From NCBI GenBank assembly GCA_963817635.1, contig CAWFPR010000005.1, positions 737,433 to 769,432 on the forward strand: 32,000 nucleotides of DNA, in the 5' to 3' direction. Origin of the DNA: an uncultured Acidobacteriota bacterium (GTDB lineage Bacteria; Acidobacteriota; Vicinamibacteria; Vicinamibacterales; 2-12-FULL-66-21). The notes under the pieces are model-generated. The model searched no databases, had not been told where the DNA came from, and saw only the letters and a program-made list of their open reading frames with translations. Shown piece after piece: positions 1-11,258 of this stretch; position 1 is the stretch's first letter, and every line of letters begins with the position of its first letter. Made by a program: the position numbers and the translations under genes.

Positions 1-1
1 T

Positions 2-1846
2 CACTGGAGCGCTGGTTTTGGCACCCGTGCGGCCTTCGCCGATCTCGGCGGACGCCAACAGTCCTGGACGGGCGACCGAAAAGAGTTCCTTGGCCGCAAC
101 GGGACGCTTGATCGTCCCGCCGCGCTTGCCAACGGCATGCCCCTCACCAATCGAGTCGGAGGCGGCCTCGATCCTTGCGGCGCCCTCCAGACCTCTCTGG
201 AGCTCGAGCCGAACGGGGTGGCGGAGATCGTGTTCCTCCTTGGCGAGGCCGCGACGAAGGCCGAAGCCGTGTCCCTGGTCACGCGTTATCGAGCGGCCGA
301 TCTCGACGCCGTCTTCAGAGCCGTGACCGAGGCGTGGGACAGCGTCCTGGGGATGGTGCAGGTCAAGACGCCCGATCGCGCGATGGACGTGCTGCTCAAC
401 CGCTGGCTGCTCTACCAGACGCTCGTCTGCCGGGTGTGGGCAAGGGCCGCCTTCTATCAGGCCAGCGGCGCCTACGGCTTCCGCGACCAGCTCCAGGACG
501 TCATGGCGCTCAGCGTGTCGAGACCGCAGATCACGCGGGCGCACCTGCTGCGCGCGGCCGCGCGGCAATTTGTCGAAGGCGACGTGCAGCACTGGTGGCT
601 TCCGCCGCTCGGCCAGGGCGTGCGCACGCGGGTCTCGGACGACCGGCTGTGGCTGCCATATGTCACCGCTCTGTACATCGAGACGACTGGCGACCGGGGC
701 ATCCTCGATGAAATGGTGCCGTTCCTCGACGGCCCGGTCCTCAAAGCCGGCCAGCAGGAATCGTTCTTTCAGCCGACGGCGTCCCTCGAGCAGGGGACGC
801 TGTTCGAGCACTGCGCGCGTGCCCTCGACACGAGCCTTCCGGTCGGCAGCCACGGCCTGCCCCTGATCGGAACCGGTGACTGGAACGACGGCCTGAATCG
901 GGTCGGGGCGGGCGGTAAGGGCGAGAGCATCTGGCTCGGCTGGTTTCTTCATGCCACGCTGTCGGCATTTGCTCCGTTGGCGGATCCTCGCGGCGAGGAC
1001 ACGCGCGGCGCATCCTGGCGGCAACACGCCGTCGCGCTGGCGGCATCCCTCGAGCGAGATGGGTGGGACGGCGGCTGGTACCGGCGAGCCTATTTCGACG
1101 ATGGGGCGCCGCTCGGTGGGCAGGCGAACGCCGAATGTCGAATTGATTCGATCGCGCAGTCGTGGGCGGTGCTCTCCGGTGCCGCACAGGAAGGTCGCGC
1201 CGCGACGGCGATGGCAGCGGCGGACACGCAGCTCGTCCGTCGCGCGGAGGGACTGGCGCTGATCTTCACTCCACCGTTCGATCGCGCGCCGCTCGACGTC
1301 GGATACATTCAGGGCTACCCGCCGGGCATCCGCGAGAACGGGGGCCAATACACCCATGCCGCGCTGTGGTCCGTGATCGCCTTTGCGATGCTCGGTAACG
1401 GAGACAAGGCCGCGGAACTGTTCGAGATGCTCAATCCGATCAACCACGCGCGCACGCGCGCGGATATCCATCGGTACAAGGTCGAACCTTACGTGGCATG
1501 CGCTGATGTGTACGCCGAGCCGAGCCATCTCGGGCGCGGCGGATGGACGTGGTACACCGGCTCGGCCGGATGGATGTATCGGGCGGGGCTCGAGTGGATC
1601 CTCGGATTCCGTCTGCGGGGCACGGCGCTCGTCATCGATCCCTGCATACCGAAGTCGTGGCCCGGCTTCACCATCGCGTTTCAGTACCGCACCGCGCGGT
1701 ACGAGATCGCTGTCGAGAACCCGAATGGCGTCAGCCACGGCGTGTCGCGCATCGCACTCGACGGCACCCCCGTACAAACGCCTCCGGCGCAGATCGAGTT
1801 GTCGGATGACGCAACAGTCCACCAGGTACAGGTGATCCTGGGATGA
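2..1846 (+). CDS. GH94-type glycoside phosphorylase / cyclic beta-1,2-glucan synthase-like catalytic region; 5' end lies outside the window
   Basis: Frame 2 is open from nt 2 (HWSAGFGTRAAFADLGGRQQSWTGDRKEFLGRNG...) and runs into the listed 137..1846 ORF. GH94 hallmark strings are present: YQASGAYGFRDQLQD, GTGDWNDGLNRVG, IRENGGQYTHAALW, YTGSAGWMYR. Stop is TGA 1844-1846. Confidence 0.85.
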   Translation, partial: HWSAGFGTRAAFADLGGRQQSWTGDRKEFLGRNGTLDRPAALANGMPLTNRVGGGLDPCGALQTSLELEPNGVAEIVFLLGEAATKAEAVSLVTRYRAADLDAVFRAVTEAWDSVLGMVQVKTPDRAMDVLLNRWLLYQTLVCRVWARAAFYQASGAYGFRDQLQDVMALSVSRPQITRAHLLRAAARQFVEGDVQHWWLPPLGQGVRTRVSDDRLWLPYVTALYIETTGDRGILDEMVPFLDGPVLKAGQQESFFQPTASLEQGTLFEHCARALDTSLPVGSHGLPLIGTGDWNDGLNRVGAGGKGESIWLGWFLHATLSAFAPLADPRGEDTRGASWRQHAVALAASLERDGWDGGWYRRAYFDDGAPLGGQANAECRIDSIAQSWAVLSGAAQEGRAATAMAAADTQLVRRAEGLALIFTPPFDRAPLDVGYIQGYPPGIRENGGQYTHAALWSVIAFAMLGNGDKAAELFEMLNPINHARTRADIHRYKVEPYVACADVYAEPSHLGRGGWTWYTGSAGWMYRAGLEWILGFRLRGTALVIDPCIPKSWPGFTIAFQYRTARYEIAVENPNGVSHGVSRIALDGTPVQTPPAQIELSDDATVHQVQVILG

Positions 1847-1977
1847 CAAAGGTCAGTCCGCTTGCCGGCGCTCTGTGCTGTTGCGAGCTTCTGCCGGCCG
1901 CCCGCCACGTAAACGGTTCGCAGCCGACTTGTGCCGAACCGCACGAAGGTGTGTGATGGGTGCTGACGGATTGATCC

Positions 1978-3180
1978 ATGCCATCTCCGCTACCCTGCAT
2001 CCTCACGATCAACGCTGGCTCGTCGAGCATCAAGTTCGGTGTGTACGAGGCCGGGGACACGATCCGCCGGCTTCTGAGCGGCAAGCTCGATCGCATCGGG
2101 CTGAAGGGCACGAACCTCATCGTCCACGACCCCGCCGGCTCGGCGCGGCCCGCGGTCCGGCTTACCGCATCCGATCACCACTCTGCAGTCGTCGCACTTC
2201 TCGACTGGCTCGACGCGCAACCCGTCTTTACCTCCGTCGAGGCCGTGGGCCACCGGGTGGTGCACGGCATGACGCACTCCGCACCGGAGCGCATCACCCC
2301 GAAGCTGCTGGCCGAACTGCGCCGCATTACGCCGTATGCGCCCGATCACCTGCCGCGCGAGATCGCGCTGATCGAGACGGTCGGGCGCCGGCATCCGAAA
2401 CTGCCGCAAGTGGCGTGCTTCGACACCGCGTTTCACCGCACACTGCCCCAGGTTGCGAGGGTGCTGCCGATCCCGCGGCGGTTCGCGAAGAAAGGGGTCG
2501 AGCGCTACGGCTTTCACGGGCTGTCGTACACGTATCTGATGGAAGAACTCCGCCGGCTGGATCCACCCGCCGCAGCGGGGCGCGTGATTCTCGCCCACCT
2601 GGGCAACGGCGCAAGCCTCGCCGCCGTGCGCGACGGCCGGAGCCTCGACACCAGCATGGGCTTCACTCCCACGTCGGGGCTGGTGATGAGCACGCGCACC
2701 GGAGACCTGGATCCTGGCCTCGTGTACTACCTCGCGCGCGCCGATCGCATGTCCGCGGCGCGATTCCAAAGAATGGTCAACGACGAGTCCGGGCTCCTCG
2801 GCGTGTCCGGCACCAGCTCCGACGTGCGCGACCTGCTCGCACGCGAAGCCAGCGACGCGCGAGCGGCGGAGGCCGTGGCGCTCTTCTGCTATCAGGCGAA
2901 GAAGTGGATCGGCTCGTTCGCCGCCGCGCTCGGGGGGCTCGACACGCTCGTCTTCTCCGCGGGGATCGGCGAGAACGCGCCCGACATCCGGACCAGGATC
3001 TGCGAGGGGCTCGGTTTTCTCGGCATGGAACTCGACCAGGAGCGCAATGCGAAGAATGCCCCGCTCATTTCGCGAGACGACGGTCGCGTCAAAGTACGGG
3101 TCATCCGCACGGACGAAGAACTCATGATCGCAACGTTCGTGGCCCGCGTTCTCGAACTCGGCACAACGGGGAGCACGTGA
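1978..3180 (+). CDS. ackA: acetate kinase
   Basis: Intact 400-aa ORF carrying acetate/propionate kinase signatures: ILTINAGSSSIKFGVY, HRVVHG, FDTAFH, GFHGLSY, AHLGNGASL, GFTPTSGLVMSTRTGDLDP, FSAGIGENA, DEELMIA. It ends 3 nt before the xfp start. Confidence 0.95.
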   Translation: MPSPLPCILTINAGSSSIKFGVYEAGDTIRRLLSGKLDRIGLKGTNLIVHDPAGSARPAVRLTASDHHSAVVALLDWLDAQPVFTSVEAVGHRVVHGMTHSAPERITPKLLAELRRITPYAPDHLPREIALIETVGRRHPKLPQVACFDTAFHRTLPQVARVLPIPRRFAKKGVERYGFHGLSYTYLMEELRRLDPPAAAGRVILAHLGNGASLAAVRDGRSLDTSMGFTPTSGLVMSTRTGDLDPGLVYYLARADRMSAARFQRMVNDESGLLGVSGTSSDVRDLLAREASDARAAEAVALFCYQAKKWIGSFAAALGGLDTLVFSAGIGENAPDIRTRICEGLGFLGMELDQERNAKNAPLISRDDGRVKVRVIRTDEELMIATFVARVLELGTTGST

Positions 3181-3183
3181 ATC

Positions 3184-5550
3184 ATGGAAAACAGGACGCT
3201 GACACCGGAACTGCTCCACAGGATGGACGCCTACTGGCGTGCCGCCAACTACCTGTCGGTCGGCCAGATCTACCTGTATGACAATCCGCTGTTGAAGCGG
3301 CCGCTCACCCTGGCGGACGTGAAGCACATGCTGCTCGGACACTGGGGCACGACCCCCGGGCAGAACTTCGTCTACGTGCACCTGAACCGGGTCATCAAGA
3401 AGTACGACCTCGACATGATCTACGTCTCGGGCCCGGGACATGGCGGTCCGGCTGTTGTGGGTAACACGTATCTCGAGGGCACCTACAGCGAGATCTATCC
3501 GGACATCAGTCAGGACGAGGCCGGCCTTCGCAAGCTCTTCCTGCAGTTTTCCTTCCCCGGGGGCATTCCCAGCCACGCGTCGCCCGAGTGCCCGGGGTCG
3601 ATTCACGAGGGGGGCGAGCTGGGCTACTCGCTCAGTCATTCGTTCGGAGCGGTGTTCGACAATCCCGATCTCGTCGTCGCCTGCGTCGTCGGCGACGGCG
3701 AGGCGGAAACGGGACCGCTCGCCACGGCGTGGCATTCCAACAAGTTCCTGAATCCGGCCACCGACGGCGCGGTGCTGCCGATCCTGCATCTGAACGGCTA
3801 CAAGATTGCCAACCCCACGATTCTTGCCCGCATCGAGCCCGAGGAACTGGAACAGTTGCTTCGCGGCTACGGGTGGACGCCCATCTTCGTCGAGGGGCAC
3901 GAACCGGCACTCATGCACGAGGCGATGGCCGCGGCGCTCGACCGCGCCGTCGAGCAGATTCAGTCCATCCAGAGAAACGCCCGCGTGCAGGGCGACCTCA
4001 CGCGTCCGCGCTGGCCGATGATCGTCCTGAAGTCACCCAAAGGCTGGACCGGGCCGAAAGTCGTGGACGGGCGACAAATCGAGGGCACGTTCCGGGCGCA
4101 CCAGGTGCCACTCGCCGACCCGGCCACTCATCCCGAACACCTCAAACTGCTGGAGAACTGGCTGAGGAGTTACCGCCCGGAGGAGTTGTTCGACGAATCG
4201 GGGCACCTGAAGCCGGAACTGGCCGAACTGGCTCCGAAGGGCGCTCGACGCATGGGCGCCAATCCCCACGCCAACGGCGGCATCCTGCTTCACGATTTGC
4301 AGTTGCCGGACTTCCGCACCTATGCGGTGGAGGTGCCGGCACCGGGAACGCCCGGCATCGGCGACACCCATGTGCTCGGACCTTTCCTGCGCGATGTCGA
4401 ACGGCTCAACGACGCCCAGCGGAATTTCCGGATCTTCGGCCCCGACGAGTCGCTGTCGAACGGCCTGGCCGCGATCTTCGAAGCGACCAACCGTCAATGG
4501 GACGCCGCGACCGTGGCCAACGACGAGTTTCTCGCGCCGGACGGACGCGTGCTGGACTCGATGCTCAGCGAGCATCAGTGCGAGGGCTGGCTGGAGGGCT
4601 ACCTGCTCACCGGGCGACACGGGCTGTTCAACTGCTACGAGGCGTTCATCCACATCGTCGATTCGATGTTCAACCAGCACGCCAAGTGGCTGGAGGTCAC
4701 CTCGCACCTGCCGTGGCGGCGCAAGATTGCCTCGCTGAACTACCTGCTGGCCTCGCACGTCTGGCGGCAGGATCACAACGGCTTCACCCATCAGGATCCC
4801 GGATTCATCGACGTCGTGATGAACAAGAAGGCCGGAATCGTGCGGGTGTACTTTCCGCCGGACGCCAACTGCCTGCTGTCGGTGATCGACCACTGTCTGC
4901 GCAGCCGGCACTACGTCAACGTAGTGATCGCCGGCAAGCACCCGGCGCCGCAGTGGCTGCCGATGGACGCTGCCGTTGAACACTGCGCGGCGGGCATCGG
5001 CATCTGGCCGTGGGCCAGCAGCGATCAGGGCGCTGAGCCAGACGTCGTCATGGCCTGCTGCGGCGACGTGCCCACACTCGAGACGCTCGCGGCCGTGTCG
5101 ATCATGCGGGAGCACCTGCCCGAGCTGAAGATCCGCGTGGTGAACGTCGTGGACCTGATGAAGCTGCGGCCGACGAGCGAGCACCCGCACGGATTGAGCG
5201 ACGCGAGCTTCGACGCGCTGTTCACCAGGGACAAGCCGGTGATCTTTGCCTTCCACGCCTATCCGTGGCTGATTCACCGTCTGACGTACCGCCGCGCCAA
5301 CCACGACAACCTCCACGTTCGCGGATACAAGGAGGAAGGCACGATTACTACCCCCTTCGACATGACGGTGCTGAATGATCTGGACCGCTTCCACCTGGTG
5401 ATGGACACAATCGATCGGTTGCCGCAGACCGGCGAGAAGGGTCAGCGCCTGAAGCGGCAACTCGCGGAAAAGCTGATCGAGCACAAGCAGTACATCGACA
5501 AGCACGGCCAGGACCTTCCGGAGGTTCGGAACTGGAAGTGGCAGGGATGA
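3184..5550 (+). CDS. xfp: xylulose-5-phosphate/fructose-6-phosphate phosphoketolase
   Basis: Intact 788-aa ORF of typical XFP length. Motifs: [66 protein letters not shown] Shine-Dalgarno-like run lies about 10 nt upstream. Confidence 0.96.
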   Translation: MENRTLTPELLHRMDAYWRAANYLSVGQIYLYDNPLLKRPLTLADVKHMLLGHWGTTPGQNFVYVHLNRVIKKYDLDMIYVSGPGHGGPAVVGNTYLEGTYSEIYPDISQDEAGLRKLFLQFSFPGGIPSHASPECPGSIHEGGELGYSLSHSFGAVFDNPDLVVACVVGDGEAETGPLATAWHSNKFLNPATDGAVLPILHLNGYKIANPTILARIEPEELEQLLRGYGWTPIFVEGHEPALMHEAMAAALDRAVEQIQSIQRNARVQGDLTRPRWPMIVLKSPKGWTGPKVVDGRQIEGTFRAHQVPLADPATHPEHLKLLENWLRSYRPEELFDESGHLKPELAELAPKGARRMGANPHANGGILLHDLQLPDFRTYAVEVPAPGTPGIGDTHVLGPFLRDVERLNDAQRNFRIFGPDESLSNGLAAIFEATNRQWDAATVANDEFLAPDGRVLDSMLSEHQCEGWLEGYLLTGRHGLFNCYEAFIHIVDSMFNQHAKWLEVTSHLPWRRKIASLNYLLASHVWRQDHNGFTHQDPGFIDVVMNKKAGIVRVYFPPDANCLLSVIDHCLRSRHYVNVVIAGKHPAPQWLPMDAAVEHCAAGIGIWPWASSDQGAEPDVVMACCGDVPTLETLAAVSIMREHLPELKIRVVNVVDLMKLRPTSEHPHGLSDASFDALFTRDKPVIFAFHAYPWLIHRLTYRRANHDNLHVRGYKEEGTITTPFDMTVLNDLDRFHLVMDTIDRLPQTGEKGQRLKRQLAEKLIEHKQYIDKHGQDLPEVRNWKWQG

Positions 5551-6167
5551 GCCTCTACCTGGTTCGACACGGCGAAACGGCCTGGTCGCTCTCGGGCCAG
5601 CACACAGGGCGAACCGATATTCCCCTGACGGCGCGAGGCGAGCAGGAGGCCCGCAGGCTGGCTGCGCTGGTGGGCGCCGTGAGTTTCAGCCGCGTCTTCA
5701 CCAGCCCGCGCCGGCGCGCGCGGCGGACGTGTGAACTTGTCGGACTGGGTGGCGTCGCACACGTCGAACCGGATCTGGCGGAGTGGGACTACGGAGAGTA
5801 CGAGGGGCTGCGCTCCGAGGAGATTCAGCAGCGGCGGCCGGGATGGAACCTCTTTCGCGACGGATGTCCGCAGGGTGAATCGCCCCGTGACGTGTCGGAC
5901 CGGGCCGATCGCCTGATTGCCCAGTACCGGTCGATCGCCGGAGAGGTTGCGATCTTCTCGCACGGCCACTTCGGGCGCGTCATGGCGGCGCGATGGATCG
6001 ACCTGCCGATCAGCCAGGCGCAGCACCTGGTTCTGAGCACGGCGTCAGTGAGCATCCTCGGCTACGAGCACGACCGCCCTGACCCGGACGAGGCGGCGAT
6101 CGTGTTGTGGAACGCCGTGGTGGGCAGCCTGACCGTCGCGCCGCCCGACACGCTTTTCCAGCCGTAA
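5547..6167 (+). CDS. histidine phosphatase family protein (phosphoglycerate mutase superfamily)
   Basis: [12 protein letters not shown]...[10 protein letters not shown] is the RHG catalytic motif, and a second His lies in [11 protein letters not shown] 5547-5549 overlaps the xfp stop TGA 5548-5550 (ATGA). The track ORF begins 9 nt earlier at GTG 5538. Confidence 0.85.
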   Translation: MSLYLVRHGETAWSLSGQHTGRTDIPLTARGEQEARRLAALVGAVSFSRVFTSPRRRARRTCELVGLGGVAHVEPDLAEWDYGEYEGLRSEEIQQRRPGWNLFRDGCPQGESPRDVSDRADRLIAQYRSIAGEVAIFSHGHFGRVMAARWIDLPISQAQHLVLSTASVSILGYEHDRPDPDEAAIVLWNAVVGSLTVAPPDTLFQP

Positions 6168-6317
6168 CACCGGCGTCAGACCCCCGGCGTCTGGGGGGGT
6201 GGGGTCAGACCCCGACGACGCGTTCCGGAGTGTGCCCATGCAACCGGCTCGGCCGCCGCGCGGGCATATACTGAACAAATGAGGGAGGAGTGACAAAGGA
6301 GGGACAGGAGACCACAA

Positions 6318-8193
6318 ATGTACAGGTTGCGCGTCAGGGTTGTGCCACTCGCGGCCCTCATGATGCTGTCGAGCGCGGCGGCCGCGCTCGGCCAGACCGG
6401 TCCGATCACCCTCACCGTCGATGCCACCCGGGCGCCGGAGAAGATCCTGCACAGCACGATGGTCATCCCGGTGACGCCGGGTCCGCTGACGCTCTACTAC
6501 CCCAAATGGATTCCCGGTGAGCACGCCGCAAGCGGCCCGATCGCGAACGTCACCGGCCTGAAATTCACCGCCAACGGAAAGACGCTCTCCTGGCAGCGCG
6601 ACACGAAGGACGCCTTCACGCTCCGGGTTGACGTGCCGCAGGGAGCCACCCGCCTCGACGTCGCATTCGACTATCTGGAACCAGGCGCGGGCCAGTTCAC
6701 GGGCGGATCGTCCGCGACGGCCAAGCTCGTGGTGATCAGCTGGAACCAGAACCTGCTGTACCCGGCCGGCCGCCCGCCCAGCAACTGACCTATGACGTGA
6801 AACTGATGCTGCCGTCCGGATGGAAATTCGGCACGGCGCTCCCGACCGAAGGCCAGTCGCGGCGACAGCATCACGTTCAAGCCGGTCGAACTGAACCGGC
6901 TCGTGGATTCGCCCGTCATCGCGGGGCAGTACTACCGCGCGATCGATCTCACGCCTTCGGGAGAATCGGTGCATCACGAGATCGACATGGTGGCCGACAG
7001 CGCCGAGGCGCTGAACATGAGCCCGCAGGTGCAGTCGGGAATGAAGAACCTCGTGATCGAAGCGGCGAGGCTCTTCGGCTCACGCCACTATCGCGACTAC
7101 CACTTCCTCCTCACGCTCAGCGATCACGTCGCGCACTTCGGCCTCGAGCACCACGAATCGAACGACAGCCGGCTGGGTGAACGCGCGCTCCTCTCGCCGC
7201 ACGCCGGCGTGACCGTCGGAGGGCTCCTGGCGCACGAGTATGCCCATTCGTGGAACGGCAAGTTCCGCCGTCCCGCCGACCTGAGCACGCCCTATTACGA
7301 GGCGCCCGAGGAAACCGACCTGCTCTGGGTCTACGAAGGATTGACCGACTTCGCCGGCCCACTCCTCGCGACCCGCAGCGGACTGTGGACGCCGGAGGAG
7401 TATCGCGACTATCTCGCCGGCATCGCGGCCGCGCTCGGTCCGGGCCGGCCAGGCCGCACCTGGCGTCCGCTGCTCGATACCGCGATCGGCGAGCCGGTGC
7501 TCGGCGGCGCCCGCGGCGGGTGGGCGAACTGGCGCCGCGGGACCGACTACTACGATGAAGGCGATCTGCTGTGGCTCGAGGTCGCCACCATCATCCACGA
7601 CCGCACGCGCGGCCAGAAGTCGATCGACGACTTCTGCCACCTGTTCCACGGCGGCGCGAACGCCGGACCCGAATTGAAGACCTATACGTTCGACGATGTG
7701 GTTCGCACGCTCAGCCAGGTGGCGCCGTACGACTGGGCAACATTCCTGCACGAGCGGCTCACGTCCATCTCACCGGAGGCGCCCACGGGCGGAATCGAGA
7801 ACGGCGGGTGGAAGGTCGTATTCACGGCCGAGCCGCAGAAGACGACGGGACGCCGCGCCATCCCGCCCGACTTGTACTCCGTCGGTCTGGACCTGTCCGA
7901 AGACGGCACGGTAAGGGATCGGTTGTCGGCGGTCCCGCGTTCAAGGCGGGGATCACGCCCGGGATGAAGATCGTCGCCGTGGACGACCGCGCCTATACGC
8001 ACGATCGGTTCGAGGATGCCATCCGCAGCCGCACGGGCGCGTCGCAGCCGATTGCGGTCCTCGTCCTCAACGACGACTATTACAAGACCTGCCAGATCGA
8101 CTACCACGGCGGTCAGCGCTTTCCCACCTCGTCCGCGACGCGAGCAAGCCGGACTACCTGGACCAGTTGATCGAGCCGAAGACGACGTCCTGA
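6318..8193 (+). pseudogene. M61 family (glycyl aminopeptidase-like) zinc metallopeptidase with C-terminal PDZ domain; reading frame broken at least 4 times
   Basis: Signal peptide MYRLRVRVVPLAALMMLSSAAAALGQ. Zinc motif HEYAHSWNGKFRRP. PDZ string GGPAFKAGITPGMKIVAVDD. The homology thread moves frame 3->2 (~6775), 2->3 (~6858), 3->2 (~7920) and 2->1 (CCC run 8123-8125), and ends ...HLVRDASKPDYLDQLIEPKTTS* at TGA 8191-8193. The track pieces are 6318..6788, 6797.., 6903..7967 and 7571..8170. Confidence 0.85.
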
Positions 8194-8371
8194 CCTGCGG
8201 ATTCCTGCCGCCTGACCGGCGCTCCGGGAGGCCCGATTCCGATCGGCCGGAGCGTCGGGACGGCAGCGGCCAGTTATACTTGCTCGAGAGGCTCCGAACC
8301 GTTCAGCCAGCGACAATCCAGCACGTTCCCGAGGCGCGGTCCGCCGTGCCGGGCGTCTACCAATACACACA

Positions 8372-10008
8372 GTGAATCTGGACAACCCCGCTCCGTTGAC
8401 CGCCGGCGCCGCGCCGGCCGGTGAAGCCGATGCCTTTGCGCGCGAAATCGCCCGGCGTCGAACCTTCGCGATCATCTCGCATCCCGACGCCGGCAAGACC
8501 ACGCTGACCGAGAAGCTGCTCCTGTACGCCGGCGCCATCGAGCTGGCGGGCGCGGTGCGCGGACGCAAGACGCAGCGGCACGCCGTCTCCGACTGGATGG
8601 AGATGGAACAGCAGCGCGGCATCTCGATCAGCGCCGCCGCCCTCGAGTTCGAGATGGACGGGCACCACGTGACGCTCCTCGACACGCCCGGACACCAGGA
8701 CTTCAGCGAGGACACCTACAGAACGCTCCTGGCGGTCGACAGCGTCGTCATGGTGCTCGACGCGGCCAAGGGCATCGAGCCCCAGACACGCAAGCTGTTC
8801 GAGGTCTGCCGCACGCGCGGGCTGCCGGTCCTGACCTTCATCAACAAGCTGGACCAGCCGGCGCTCGATCCCTTCGAGCTGCTGGACCAAATCGAACGCG
8901 TCCTCGGGATTGCGGCCGCGCCGATCAACTGGCCGCTCGGCGACGGCCAGAACTTCGCCGGCGTCTACGACCTCGAGGCGAAGACGGTCCTCCTGTACGA
9001 ACGCGGCGCCCGGGGAGAGCGCACCGTGCCGGTGCGCGTCGGCGACCCGCACGACCCGGCTGTCGCGCACCTGATCGGCGAGTCGCGCCAGCAGCACCTC
9101 ATCGAAGCGGCGGCGATCATTTCGGGAGCGGGTACGCGCTTCGACATGGACGCCTATCGCCGGGAGCGGCTGACGCCCGTGTTCTTCGGCAGCGCCCTCA
9201 ACGATTTCGGCGTCGAGCCGTTCCTCCGCGCCATCCTGACGCTCGCGCCCTCTCCGGCGCCGCGCGCCAGCGAGACCGGTCTCGTTTCGCCCACCCACCC
9301 GGATTTCTCCGGGTTCGTCTTCAAGATCCAGGCGAACATGAACCCCCGCCACCGCGACCGGGTGGCGTTCGTGCGCGTCTGTTCGGGGCGCCTGACGAAG
9401 GACATGTCGGCGGTCAACGAGCGGCTCGGCACGACGCTGCGCCTCTCCCGTGTGTACCGGTTCTTCGGCCGCGATCGCGAAACCGTTCCCGAGGCCTACC
9501 CGGGAGACGTCGTCGGGCTCGTCAATCCCGGACGGCTGGCGATCGGCGACACGCTCTACGCGGGGCAGCGTGTCCGGTACCCGCCCATCCCGCAGTTTCC
9601 CGCCGAGCGCTTCGCGAATCTCCGGCCTGCCGACGTGCGCCACAAGCGATTCGACGAGGCGGTGCGTCAGCTCGAAGAAGAGGGCCTGATGCAGGTCTTC
9701 ACGCCCCAGACCGGCCTGCGCCATCCGATCATCGGCGTCGTGGGTCCGCTCCAGTTCGATGTCGTCGAGGCGAGGCTGCGGTCCGAGTACGGCATCGATT
9801 GCGTCATCGAACCGCTGCCGCACGTGGCGGCGCGGTGGCCGGTGCCGAAGTCCGCCGACAACACGACGCCTGTCACCCTGACGACCGTCCGGCGCAAGGC
9901 CGGTGAAGGACCGGCTCGGATCGCGACGTGATTCTCTTCGAATCCGCGTGGGCGCTCGGCTACGTCGTCGAAGGGAACCCTCACGTCGAGTTCCGCGACT
10001 CGATGTAG
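8372..10008 (+). CDS. prfC: peptide chain release factor 3 (GTPase), with one frame break near the 3' end
   Basis: RRTFAIISHPDAGKTTLTEKLLLYAGAI, SDWMEMEQQRGISI, DTPGHQDF, INKLD. The track ORF stops at 9931, but the conserved C-terminus RDVILFESAWALGYVVEGNPHVEFRDSM* continues in frame 1 to TAG 10006-10008. This implies one indel at about 9907-9930. Confidence 0.93.
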
Positions 10009-10251
10009 TTCCGACGCACGCCCAGGTTTGCGCTCGCCTGAACCCCGCTCAACGGGCGCCGGCGTCACTCGAAAGAATCGGCCGATACCGCGGCCCCGCC
10101 GCAACCTCTCGTCGAAGAAATCGGCCCTGTTGATCTGGCGAAAGTCTGCTGATGTAAGATTCTGCTCAACCAATCGAACGTCGGCGAAGCTGCGTCGCTC
10201 GCCATTCGGGCGGGACAGAACCGTCCTCCATGCGGTCAGAGGTTCACACTG

Positions 10252-10935
10252 ATGGCCTGTCGCGTGCGTGTCTGCGTCCTGGGAGCGGTGCTGGCGCTGG
10301 CCCTGCCGGCTGACGTAATCGGGCAGACCGTCACGGATGCCCGCGGCTGGTTCGGTGTCATCGCGCAGCATCGGCCTCGCGCCCGATCGGCATGGGAGAC
10401 GGCGTTCGAAGGTATCGCCCACAGCCGCGATGGGCTCCGTGCGCGGGACGTGTTCGGCACGCGGGTCACCCTGCTGCGACGGCTCTCCGCACGAACGGCG
10501 CTCGGCGGCGGATACCTCTACGATCGCGCCTTCGCCGCCTCCGGCGTGGTCGTCGAACATCGAGTGTTCGGCCAGTTCACCACCGCAGTGCCCGCCGCCG
10601 GCGGCACGTGGGCGTTCCGCACGCGGGTGGAAGCGCGCTTCATTGATGGGAACGGCGGCGAGGTCACCCGTCTGCGCCAGCAGGTCGGGTTCACTCGCCC
10701 GTGGCGAACGTCCAGCCGGCTGGCAGTCACCGCGTCCGACGAACTCCTCGTTCACGCGAACGGCAGCGTGCGCGGGCCGCGCGGCGTCGATCAGAATCGG
10801 GTGTTTGCCGGCGTGTCGGTCGCCGTCAGCGGCGGGCGGCTCCAAGTCGGATACCTCAACGACCTTGTGCCCGGCCACGGCCGCCCCCGGCGCGTGAGTC
10901 ACATCCTCTCGACGACGCTGACAATCCTGTTCTGA
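10252..10935 (+). CDS. secreted beta-barrel-like protein, possibly DUF2490 family
   Basis: Signal peptide MACRVRVCVLGAVLALALPADVIGQ. The sequence shows alternating amphipathic strands, EHRVF / RTRVEARF / DQNRVFAGVSV strings, and a C-terminal ...TLTILF ending in Phe as in outer-membrane barrels. The family assignment is from memory of the DUF2490 pattern only. Confidence 0.45.
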   Translation: MACRVRVCVLGAVLALALPADVIGQTVTDARGWFGVIAQHRPRARSAWETAFEGIAHSRDGLRARDVFGTRVTLLRRLSARTALGGGYLYDRAFAASGVVVEHRVFGQFTTAVPAAGGTWAFRTRVEARFIDGNGGEVTRLRQQVGFTRPWRTSSRLAVTASDELLVHANGSVRGPRGVDQNRVFAGVSVAVSGGRLQVGYLNDLVPGHGRPRRVSHILSTTLTILF

Positions 10936-11006
10936 TCCCGGCCGTCCTGGCGCCCGCCCGGTACGATTCGGCTGCAGGTCCGTCGTTCGTCGCCAACCCG
11001 AGAGGT

Positions 11007-11258
11007 GTGCTGGCCGGTCACCTGGAGGCTGCGATGAACGGGATGTTCCTCACCATCGTCGGCCTGTTCTTCAACCGCGTCACGCTCTCGGTACTACAGG
11101 CTCGTGTCTGTCGAGGCGCGCTGCTCTATAGCGTCTTCGCGAACTGGTTCTTCGCGACACTCGCCGGCATCGCCCAGGGTCACGTACCGCCGCCCGAGCG
11201 GCAGGCGCTGGCCGCGATCCAGCCTTCCGGTTGGCTGCCGACGGCGATTCGGCGCTGA
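11007..11258 (+). pseudogene. possible 5'-truncated remnant of a hydroxylaminobenzene-mutase-like small membrane protein
   Basis: GHLEAAMNGMFLTIVGLFFNRVTLS...LLYSVFANWFFATLAGIA resembles the central HLEG-MNG-FL and following transmembrane helices of that family. Only about 100 nt separate it from the upstream gene, so the N-terminal helices are missing. The start is not defined. Confidence 0.25.

Noticed and set aside
1990-3918. Very long antisense or alternative-frame ORFs throughout the track: 1990..3918(-), 4033..5505(-), 8357..9823(-), 9667..10902(-), 13699..14790(-), 17842..19563(-), 27368..29029(-), 1875..3281(+), 3588..4979(+).
   Set aside because: Their translations are Arg/Ala/Gly/Pro-rich and carry no family motifs. 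Each lies opposite or out of frame with a gene that has strong homology signatures. These are typical shadow ORFs of a high-GC genome with few stop codons.
6171-6214. GC-rich palindromes after the phosphatase stop: a CCCCC-7 nt-GGGGG hairpin at 6181-6197, a GGGGTCaGACCCC palindrome at 6201-6213, and a repeated GTCAGACCCC.
   Set aside because: It could be a terminator, but the stems are short, no U-tract follows, and such palindromes arise easily in G/C runs. It is not convincing enough to annotate.
9900-10008. The frame break at the 3' end of prfC considered as a programmed frameshift.
   Set aside because: The known programmed +1 frameshift belongs to prfB (RF2), not RF3, and occurs near the 5' end at a CUU UGA site with an internal Shine-Dalgarno. 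Nothing comparable is present here, and the window has many similar breaks.
10028-10250. A relatively AT-richer spacer between prfC and the DUF2490-like gene. Its minus-strand reading, SFADVRLVEQNLTSADFRQINRADFFDE, faintly resembles pentapeptide repeats.
   Set aside because: There is no usable start codon or defined stop for that frame, because it is part of a 411-aa shadow ORF. Only about five imperfect repeat units are present, and the only ATG-initiated ORF here is 21 codons long.
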